DNA of 64,000 nt from Phoronis australis (taxonomy: Eukaryota > Animalia > Phoronida): the NCBI GenBank assembly GCA_002633005.1, contig NMRA01000118.1, forward strand, positions 620,707 through 684,706, written 5' to 3'. The notes below the pieces were generated by a model. The model was not told the origin of the DNA. It ran no database searches and was given only the letters and a program-made list of their open reading frames with translations. Position numbers and translations under genes: made by a program. Of this stretch, positions 37,501-49,500 are shown piece by piece (position 1 is the first letter of the stretch; each line of letters opens with the position of its first letter).

Positions 37501-40500
37501 CTAGAGGCGGAGCAGTTTACGAAAAGATAGGCCTTCACCAAGATCGTGAAAAAATGTTTATCAGTACCACGCGTTTAACTTACTTTCACACATTTCCTAT
37601 ACGTAACATGGCAACACTCAGGTTGCTTGCCTAAGCTAAGTATTTTACATGTATAAAACTAATCACTGAGTTTTGAAGTCATAAATTTGTACGTGAATAC
37701 ATTTTTATTCAATTGCTATTCAATCAAAGGGTGTTTTAAAAGGCCGTGGTCCAGCAGCGACACATATTGTGGAAGGACCCAGTAATACACAGAGAAAAGT
37801 ATGCTTAACTCTTCAACTCTGTCTATATATTTTGCGTTTTCTAGCTCAATCGTAGACTGTCCTGACTTCGACACCATTGGCCCGGACACCTTTAAACTGC
37901 TTACAAACTTGCAGGAATTGTAAGTTGTCACATTTCATGCGCGCACCCAGCCTAAAAATTAGGGGCGCTCGAATTTTCGAGCATGTAGACCTTTTACTAA
38001 AGAAAAAAAATGGTACGTTCAGAACTATGAATTGTGCATTCGCCGATTTCCTGCCTTTTTTAGAGAACTTTTGTCTCGTTTTTTTCGGACTTATTTGTTT
38101 CTTTGAGGCGGACCTTTTGCGCACGTGCATATACAAATCTTTTTGAAAATCCAATTTGATAATTTTGTCCTCGCTGTTGAGTAAAAGATTTGGATTGAAA
38201 ATAAACAGCATCATGAACTAATGTGCCTATAATTGCTTTATCGAGAAGAGCTTTCTAATTAACTAATTTGTGATCGTTCGAGCTTACAAATTACTTTTCA
38301 GTTAGCGTGACATACTTGACCAATCTTTACCTTTCCATACAGGAGAATACAGCTAACAGGAATTACATTCGTCCCCGATGTCTCAACTACCAAACTGAAA
38401 ATACTGTAAGTTCAGAACATCGAGCTGGACAAGGCAGTTCGACGCACAACACTTGTTTGATTCCTTTTCACTCAATCGAATAAGTTCAAATCTATATTCA
38501 ACATCACTAAGCAAGGTTTATCCAAATGTACTCATTTTTCATCAAAATATTTAAGATATACATTAAACGTCTGAGTCATGCAAGAGCCTTTCATAACTAG
38601 GAAACCACACGAATCTTAACAATCATCATCCATATCAAAAACTCAAGTACTTTAACTTTGGTATTGGTGTGACAATGTGTGGCACAAGATGCGTTTAGCA
38701 ATAATCGACGATGTGCCGATATCTAGGATTTCATTATTTATTTTGTTCCTCGCCATCGTATAAAATGCCTATAAATGAATACTCTGGTAATCCCCTAGCT
38801 AGACAGAGTAAAACCAATCAAATATTTGTGTATTTGCGCAAGGAGGACAGGTGAAGGCTTTTTGCGAATTAAATTATGGGTAGTTAATGCAAATTTTCTT
38901 CGAGATCAGCAAATAACTGTTAAAGCTGTACTTCGCCCCGCTTAGCCGGCTAAAAACAAAAATAGAATTGGCCATTTTACTCTCATAATGTTCCTCACTG
39001 TGACAGATATCCATTTCTATTACTCAAATCAAATTCGTTTCCGTCTGCAGTTTTATGATTGGTCAATGCAATAACATCTGAAGCGCTTTCTTGAGTGTCT
39101 GATAGCTAATCGATATTCCTGTTAGTAACAGACATAGAACCCTTTCACTGTAAGGAATATTATGAAAGCAATTCTATGAGAGTAAAACGCCTAATTTGAT
39201 GATTGTTTTAGCCAGCTGAACAGGTCTACATTCAACTTTAAACTTTCAATCAAAATTTAAATTTGACCCCGAACAGGGTTCGACACAATTTGCCAAAAGC
39301 CGTTGAACAGTTGTTCTTGTACGACGTTGGCTAACTTATGAAACAACTAAGTCCTCTAAATCCTCTGCTGCGTATTTGTGAGTTTCTTTACACACAGATG
39401 TAATCTTCCTCTGCAATTTCATTTTTATTATGAATTCCCATTTAACTAATGACATTTTCTAATTATATAATTACTAACAACTAAGCCCTGAACCCAGTGA
39501 AAATAAATAGGGACTCTCTTCTGAATTAGGGAAAATACATGGAAAGATCTCTATTTATTTTCGATAATATTCATAATTCAGTTCACTATCGATTTGTATC
39601 AAAGCCAACAATTGACTTACATGTAGTAATCAAACTAAAACAATAAGAGAAAGGACCATTTTTTTTCACTAATTAATCCGCACTTACGCAATAGATTAGT
39701 CAATTTAGTTGAGTCTCTATTTGGGACTGCTTCATGCAACCGGGCATTGAAGTCTTGTGAAGAAATTTGGTTTGACTTAATTCAAACGGCAATTTTGTGT
39801 TTATTATTAAAGAAACTTGCTGTCTCAGATTGTTCTCGCCTACTAAACTGTTTTAAGAATCCCACAACATGACATAATCGTCATTTAGCGAAATTCATCG
39901 GGATGCTTGCGAAATAGATGCTCATTTGAGTGTAGGTCAAATTGTGTGTCCTCATGTGATGCTCCATATGGTCAAAAACGAAAGTCGATTGCATTAATTT
40001 TTTCTTCGTATTTCGTAGAAAGTGCGACGGCCATAAAAATATAACAAAAGAAAGCAAGTCAAGGGCCTAACGCTAAGGTTTGAGGTACTCACAACCCAGA
40101 AAAAGTGGTTACACACGTTACCCTAAGAAAATTAGTGAACCGGAAAACACAATTAAAGCCGTTAAAAACACAAAATTGACATCGTACAACGAAATTAATC
40201 CGTTTCCAAACGGATGTTAATTAGAAGTGGCTTTTCAGTAAACCGTATAAATTTTTTAATGTTTAAGTTTGTCAGAGGTGATTTTGTTTAGATGGTTGTA
40301 ACGGAAAAACTAATTCTTTGGCCCCCACACTTTTTGAAAGTTTTTTGTTCGTAAAGACCAAAATTCAAAGTATTATGGAAACTATCAAAAATCAAGTGCA
40401 TAGCCCAAGTCTTCACTTTCTGATTGGGCGCCTCAGTAAGCACGTACTTGTCTAATGACTTTGCCGTCAGTTTGTCACGTGATATAGATTTGTTCAAAGT

Positions 40501-43500
40501 CATCACCCAGTACGTAAACATGCACCGAAACATCAATATTTTAGAGTTACCTGTACTTACAATTTACAAAAGTCAATCATAGAATTTACCCAGAATGCAC
40601 AAAACGTATGGAATTGTCTAATCAATGAACCCATAACCCTTTGAGTCATCGCAAACTACACTTGGACACTCAACGAACAGTCTGCGCACTTATCGATGTT
40701 TCTTTATGTTGAGTTGCAATATTTTATTTACATGCATAGTTTTCTAAAACGTATTTACTCAGCGATTCCAGAACACGTCCCAAAATGCTTCACCGGTGGA
40801 AAATGAGAAAGAGCATACGAGTTAAAACAGTCTTGGTATTGAGGGCGCTTTCCCAAGAATGTGTCTGAATATTGTGACGTATTACATGTACATTCCGGTG
40901 ATAGCGTGTCGTGGTTATATTGTAAATTTAGCAATTAAGACAATGTCGCATAAACTATCTATGTTTGTTTAACAAATAGTTATCTTCAATTTTTATAGAC
41001 ATTTACATTTGCTATGAAACTGAACTATTTATAATTAACGTATATATGAAAGCCAGTTGGACTTAGAACATACATGTATGAAATAATTGAACACATCGTT
41101 ATTGCTAACGTTTCTGTCCTTTCCAGGAATCTCGCTCACAACAATATAGAGTTTTGGAGTCACAACTATACGAAACAGACTCTGCCGAGTACGCTAACTC
41201 ACGTGTGAGTATTAACACACCTTTTAAAAACTGGGCGATTGCCTTTTAAAAATGCGAATTAATAACTCCGATTATTTTCCTGCCTCAGGTTCTAGATGTC
41301 GTAAATTACTTAAAGTACCGTAGGCTGAATTAGATACAGCGTGGTGAAGATCGGAAAGTTCATAGAAATTCGATGCTTTGAAGACGCAAACAAGGTTCAC
41401 AAAAAAGAACTGCCTTGCAGCGAACTGCACAGATAAGCATCTACAATATGACAATTACGAAACCTGATACACGAACTCCTTACATGTTGAACACTGTAGT
41501 CATTAAACCGGTGTGGGCCATGCAATCACCTTTTGAATTAGGACTTTGGGCTTGACAGTCGCTACTCCTAAGCGATGACTTGCTATGCAGTTTTCGTTAG
41601 AACCTCAGTGTTGGTGATGAATCCAAAAATGTAGCTTTGTGTTTCTCTAGCTACTGCACTTAAAATACTGTTTCCGCTTCTATTTGTTTAAAGGTCACAA
41701 AAACGGGTTTTTACACAAGTTAGTTCAGTCGAAACCTAGACCGAAATATTGCAAAGCAACTCCAAATATTTTCAAACCTAACTGAATTTAATCAAAAATT
41801 TCTTTATTTTTTATTTTTGATGGTGAACCACCAGCTAAAATGGCCGTCACAGTGAGTGACAGCTGACTCGGGTATTATGAAAATTTCTGTACTCACCTGC
41901 CGCCAAATGTAATGAAACTCATCCCACCTTTTAAAGTACTTTACAAAATTGAATAAGGTAAACACTAACAGGGCTGAAATTTAAGAATTGTTCCCATTTT
42001 AGTGATATCTTTCGACTGACGAAACTCAACCCGTGTTTTAAATTGTTCAGTGTATAGGAAATAGTATGCTTAAAGTGATTTTCTGTGATCAGCCTCCGCG
42101 TGCAATCGAACCTGCCATCCCTGCGGTCACAATCTAAACCCTACTGGTCAAATGGCAGATCCTTTTATTCATATTTGACTAGTTAAGATACCGGTCTTAA
42201 TTTCAGCGAATTTTTAATGGCGTGCATTTGTTTGCGCACCCCGTTCGTAGCCAGAGACTAACATCCAAACTCCTCGAAGAGCACATAACGACTTGTGTTA
42301 ATAAATAATTACGCTGCCGCTTAGGTTTGAACTCAAAATCGCCACTAATCTGAACTTTCCCCAGGACCCATCCCATTTTTCTGCTCTCGGACACGTGTAT
42401 ATACTATGCGACAAATGATGTCAACGTGTGCTATCTTCTCTCTAGGTCCCTTGCACATAACCAAATCCAATGGTTACCAAGTGGATATTTCACCAGTTCC
42501 ACCATAAAGATCCTTAGTCTTAGTTACAACAACTTCAGGACAGTACCAGCGGATGCCTTGACCGGAATGAGCGCCTTAGAATATCTGTAAGTAAATTACA
42601 TACATGTATAACAGTTTGCTTCTTGAACGCAAACAGAATATATTTTGTAAAAGTCCAACTGCTCCATAATAGTGAATTATTTACAAGAATACTTAACCCC
42701 ATTTAATCCACGCAATAAGTTTGACTGGAACATATGACTTTATATTAAATACCCTGGTGTCGCATATGGTGCCTAGGGGCTTATTTCTTTGATGATATTT
42801 CTTGACCCGCAATGTATTAACGATAGGCCCAGTGAAGACCCGGCCAATTTTGCAAACCCAGTTCATATTTAGCATTAAACGAAATGCAGAAGACCTCAAA
42901 AGACAAATGAATATTTGTGCTTTTTTCTTTCTTCATATAAGCATGGTAAAATAAGCATTACGTCACTCATGGTGTTAGACGCTTGTGACGCATTTATTTA
43001 TTAAATTCCGCGCGTTTTTTAAAATCATTTGATGACTTAGATTTAGTTGAGAGTAGGCCCTAGATTACTCAGGAAGACGGTGAATTGCGGTCCCAATGTA
43101 TTTCTTCCAGACACGAATACCGCTTATTGGAGACCCGGCGCATTTTATGCGCCCACATATTTACATGTATATGTGAGCGCGTTGTGCCGTCATCCACTTT
43201 CATAAGTCCGGCTTCCGCCCGGCATCCATTTTTATGATACAAATAAACACCCCTAAGAAGCACATCATTTGCGGAACAGTCATAGGTACATTTCAACGCT
43301 CTGCGTTGCTCTTGTTTAAAGTGTTGTTTTACTTATTGTTTACCAGGTGCTTACTTCTACTCCGGCAATTATTTCCGGCAATTATGGTTTATATTACTGT
43401 CTCCCTTCAAACAATTTGAAACGAGTTTGAAATCTAGTTGCAGAGTATGCTAAATCGACAAGCGCGACGGCTAACAGTTCGGAAATAATAATTAAGTTGC

Positions 43501-46500
43501 TATATGGCGAATACATGTAGATGCGAGATTCCTGCATAATTAGTCTGGAGACCTCAGCAATTGAAACTACTGACTGTACAGTGTACTTCGGGAGCAAGTT
43601 TTCTGTTATACAGAATTTGTTAAATGCACGACACTTTTCATTGTTCACAGTCTTTATTCCGTTGTGTTCATACTTTCGGAACAAAACTCTACTCTCAACT
43701 AAACATAGAAACATTAACTGACCTAGTGTCTTTTAATTATGTCGCTAGGTCAGTTACTGTATCTATGTTATTTGCACCTACATCCTTATGACTCATTAGC
43801 TTAATGAAATTGGATTGCATGTTGTTGCATGATAAATACGCATAATTAATGCAAATTTGCCTAATTAATGCAAATTAAGGGTGCTAGTATTCAAAATTCT
43901 ACTTGAGGTTATAGCTGCGGTACAAGCACCGCAGGTAAATTCTCATGATATTTGAACCTATGTTCCTATGGTCTATTAGGTTAATGAAATTAGTTGTTTT
44001 CAAGTTGCATGATAAATTTGAATAATTATTGCAAATAAAGGCCGGCATTATTAAAAAATTCTGTTTCTGCTCGTAACTTTCTTACAGGGGCACTACATGG
44101 GGATTATTTTGGTATTTTTACTGATGAATATATTATAATCTGTCATTACATCATAAATATATATAATCTGTTATTTATTACACAGCATTGCAAATTCTCA
44201 CTTTACATGTATCTGGTACTTAGAGTAGATCTAGTTGATGACCAAATTGTTTAATTGCATGAATCCAGGATAATAACCTATCTAATGGAGAACAATCGCG
44301 ATGTTTCAAATGCTAATACAGCACCCAGAACGTAAGCACACTGGAGTATAACATGCTTAAAATACCGTGAGTGGTAACAAATTGACGCTGCTACTGATTC
44401 CACTTGAATTTCATGGAATCTGATCTTTGCTTCTACATCTAATTATCACCAGTATGCAGTAGGGGCGAGTTGGTCACCATGCGTAATTAAAAATTAATTA
44501 AAAAAGAGATTCTGCAAATTTATCATGCTACAACCTGCAAACAGATTTCGGTAAATTCATTGACCAAAGAAACATGGATGCAAATATTTATAAATGACCT
44601 CTGGTGTCTGATGCAGCAGTTATAAGCACAAGTAGAATTTTGAATATGGCAGCAGTAATTTGTATAAATAATCAATTATGCAAATACACGATGTATCCAC
44701 CAGTAAATGAGCTCCATGAAATTCACTGAACATGGAAGCATAGGTGAAAACATGATAGTAACCTGTCTGTATTGCTTGGTAAGGGCGTTATAAGAAACAA
44801 TATAATTTTGAATAATGGTGGTCTTAATTTGCATTAAGTATACAAATTTATCATGGAACAAAATGCAAACTGATTTCATTAAACTAATTGACCATAGGAA
44901 CAAAGGTGCAAATATTATGGTAATTAACCTGTGGTGATTGGTACCATAGCTATTAGAATAATGGCGGTCTTAATTTGCATGAATTATGCAAATTCACTTC
45001 GTAAAAACTTGCACTATTAAATTTTCTGAACATGGAAACATGGGTGAAAACATCAAAATAATCTAGTTTCAACGCTTAGTAAGGACATTAGTTTACCTGT
45101 TAAAAATGCTCAATGGTTGAGAACGGTCACCCTCCTAAATCATGATTACCTATGCTTAGGCTACATAAAACAGCAAAGAAAAAACTTTAACCAGCAAATC
45201 CAGGTTAAGTAAAAAAACAGCATTTGGCTCCCGGACTATAGCGAGATAAGCTTCTTTCTTTTACCATCAGAACATCGAAGCCACCAGTGTCAAGAAAACC
45301 ACAAGTTTTCTAATTCGAAAATTGCGTTCGCATGTACGCTTTACCCATGATTTTGAGTTTGTAACGGAAATAGAATCCTAACAGGTTGATGAATATTATC
45401 ATACCGATGTTTTGAAAATAAAAGGCCTAATTCCATTTTCATTTTTAACCAGCTAAACAATGCGAAATGCAGCTTTATTGGATAACGTGGCGCTGATGGC
45501 GAACGGTCCACCACAACCACACGACTGTCACCATGACGTATACCTCTATCTAAACAGTAACTGTTTAGAAACAGGACAAAAACTACGTTTGGTTAAAGTT
45601 TACGCCATTTTTAATAAAAGAAAACATCACAGTAACTGTTTAGAAACAGGACAAAAACTACTTTTGGTTAAAGTTTACAATGCATTCCACGCCATTTTTA
45701 ATAAAAAAACCCATGGGAACAAAAGTTACATTTTAGTGTCATGGCTAATTTGTTCCTATTTTTAAGCACTGTATGGAGGAATTGAAGCTCATTAGATACG
45801 TATGCCGCCACGCTCACCTGCCCAAAGTGAAGGCCAAGTACAGTATAAAGTGGTATCGTTAGGCACCGCGCACCTCATACATGTACCTGAGTTATCAGAA
45901 ATTTTCTATTTGCAACAACATAAATTAACCTTTTTGTTTTCAGAGGTGTGGATGGCAATCAAATTGCAGCGATATCCCGAAGTCACGTGCAGTTGTTCGG
46001 AGGCCCGCAGCTCAAACATTTGTAAGTAATGTGCAACGATAGCAAAAGAAAACATACTTTCATTACTCGCACTGCAGTAATAAGGATGCCGCGAAACTTT
46101 TACAGTGATCCACTTTACTTAGCCATCCTGTATGACCAATCATCATCACCAATTGTAGATATTCTGAAGGGAAATTCCGCAGAACTGTCATGATGGGGGC
46201 CATTTAGCCATAGTGACGTTGAATTCTATTTGGGTTCAGCCGTCATCACCACCAATTCAGAGACATTTAGGCGTGTACTGTACTCTTACTTTTACCAACC
46301 AAGTATTTTTTTCGCTGGGTTCAAGAACAGACTTAAAGCGACTTAACAAAAAAGTCGTGTTTTTGGACTACCATATTTCCAAAACTTAGATTAGTTTTGA
46401 CCGCGCCCGTGTTATAATGGCTATTACCCTCCTGCTTTCTATGATAACATTTTGATTAAAATGGATATGATACGTGTTATCACTGACGCATCAAACCTTC

Positions 46501-49500
46501 ATTCTTATCATCTTACTTTGGAGTTGGCCATTTTCGGTTCACTGATGAAGTGCACAGTATAACTTTAATGGGCAATATTAGTTACACGGTTGAAGTGAGA
46601 TTACTGTTTTATCGAATAGACTTCTTGAAGTTATTAGCTTTGATCAGAGCAATACCACATCAAAATCCTGTGTGTTTTTTATTTTATTACATATCGCCAG
46701 TTCTCGCCGATGTCTGCCAGACAATCGGTGGAATCGAGATCCGATGCCTTTACTATTTAAAGACGCTTAAAACACTCGATGGGATTTGACTCAGCAGCAG
46801 AGCGTTCAGCTGCTACTGCAGAATTCGATTCCATGCTACAGCAAATTCCGTTAAGATTACTTAGTTCTATGGGAATGCTAAATCAATTGACAACATTAAT
46901 TTTTGCTGACGATCACAGTGCAGCCTCCTTCCTGGTGTTACTGTCATTGCATTGTCGATTATCTCTATTTTTCAGATTTTTGAACAATTAAATGTCTTGC
47001 CATTTCTGTTTTTAACGGACTATATTGTGGGTGGAAAATAACAACATGAAAATCCTTTAATGTGCGCGCTACCTGTTGGACGAAACGAAAACTAATTATT
47101 AATGAAAAATCGAGTCTCCTCTGAACAGTCATCGTACATGAGCTTATACGATTGGACACCCTTCTATATAAGGGTTATGTAATGTCCTCATGAAATCCAC
47201 GCTGGTATTGTTTTACTAGCGTCTATTTTTTCTACGATCATATAGTTTTGCCTGCAGCATGCTTGAGAAATCATCTTCACTAGAATTGGTTCAGCATTGA
47301 AATGTGTAATTTGAACTCTTACCGAACTTAGCTTCACGCAGTCGAAACTATGTTGCAGCAGAAAGGAAATAAAATTTAGTTGGTAATTATTTATTAATAG
47401 GAATGTAAGCAACAACATACTGAAGAACATAGAAAGAAATGCTCTCAGGGAAATCCCTCAGCTGAAGATCCTGTAAGTAAATGTTGTCATGGTAACTGTA
47501 ATGAGAGAACAAGTTGGTCTTACATTATTTTGTTAACTTTTGTGTACAATTCCATTATATGAGTGGTAGGTTAATACTTCTTGTTTCGTTATCTTCTTTA
47601 CACTATATTTTGTCAGTTGAAAAATATACGGATTACCAGGGACAAATTGAAACTTTAATTTTACCCTTGCATCTACCGTTTGATAACTGGTCACAGGGAA
47701 GCAACATTTCAACAGAGCGCATTGATCTATCCATAATCTACAATTTCAGAGAGGCTCACCAGAACTCCTTCGACACCTTAGCATACGGGACTTTCCACAC
47801 ATTACCAGGGTTGCTACACATGTAAGTAAAATTGACAAGAAATATGGCAAAGTTTACATCAAAAGTGTCCGTTGAAGCGGTCATGTACGCACCCAGGGGG
47901 AAGGGGGGGGAGGTTTTGGGGACCTCAAAAGAGCCCCTCATTTGTCAAAATGGATAAAAACTGTGGTCCGCCTCTTAGGAACAAAAACTCTGAAAAAAGA
48001 AAGTAGAAAACGAGTCAAAAGCTCACTAAAAAGGCAGGAACTACCAAAATTCGTGAATGCACGATTCAAAGCTCTGAACGTACCTGTGAATCTTAGTAAA
48101 AGGTCCACATTCTCGAAAATTCGAGCCCCCACTTTTAGGGTGGGTGCGCGCATGGCCGTATGTTGCTAGCTCATATGACGTATAGTGGGTTACTTATGCA
48201 ACGGAACCCACACAAAATATCACTGTGCGTCTCATTGTGAATATTAGGACACGTCGTTTGGTTTATAATGAATTAAGGATAACAGTGGATGCAAAGCTTT
48301 ACACAAGCTTTGCAGTTTCGTTCAAACAATCATATCATGTCCTTTAAGCGGATTAGGAGTCACAAGCCATGATGACTGTCCTCAGCTCCTATCGTGTCAA
48401 CGAAGACAATCAACAGCGGGAAAAAATGAACCGACCCTCGGAGATAAACCTCAGATTTCACGGCTTTGTGAAAAAGTTACGAGAAATTGAAATCTCACGC
48501 TAAAAAGAGTAGATCCAGTAAACAAATATATTTCACAACTAGTTGTTTTTTGTTCAGTTTTATCATCCTTGAGCTTTTACAAAACCTGAAAGGGGCGTGG
48601 CTTCAAGTTTTATTAGACTTAATTCCAATTGCTGGTATTTGAGTTTTAACTGGTCTTTGTCAACTCCACTTCTTCCAGAAGTTGCCTGAGCAAAATGTTC
48701 TCAGATTATGTCCTCGTCATTTTTAATAATACGTAAAAGAATTCATTCGTTATTGTACCTTCACAGCTTAGAATAATTAATTGCTTTAATAAAATTATTT
48801 TTGCAGAGACTTGAATAACAACGAATTGCAAGTTCTAAACAGCAATGCCTTTGTCAACCTCCCGAAGTTGAAAACCTTGCGCCTTCATACACAAAAAACA
48901 AGCTTCAAGATGAAGAGAATAATGTACGACGCGTTCGATGGAATAGGAACGTCCCTGGAAAATCTGTGAGTAAACTATAGAGCTAAGGGTGTATGAGCAT
49001 CCGTTCTGCTATTGGTCACGTCATGGATATTTGCTAAGAATCTTAACAACACATATTGCTTCCATCCCAAGAGAGTCCGTCGTGTTATTGCTTCAATTAA
49101 CATGGCATGCAGTGTGCAGCCATGCCTTTGTTTTAGAATAACAGAAAAATATATACATATCCACTCTAGTGGTCATGACTAGTGTCTGTTATATTTTGAA
49201 ACTACAAAATTTTATTTCACAATGAACGTCAGTCGCTTATTCTTTTGTCCGGAATCGCGGGCAGCGTGCAACCTTCATGGAGTCCCAATGTACCGATGTA
49301 CCGCCACCGGGAGTCGTTTTATTTCATTGGTGTCAAAGTCTTCGGCGATTCCTTGGTAGTNCTAGTTAGGGAAAAAAAGACCAGGTTGCCTGGAATCTCT
49401 CAAGATCCAATTTATCATTGTAATGTACCTGTGAATCTAGTAAATCCAGTAAAAGATCCACATTCTCGAAAATTCGAGCCCCCAATTTTAGGGTGGCTGC

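Noticed and set aside
37846-38214. ORFs resembling those at 47938-48169 (apparent paralogous gene family)
   Set aside because: Both are translations of MITE family A.
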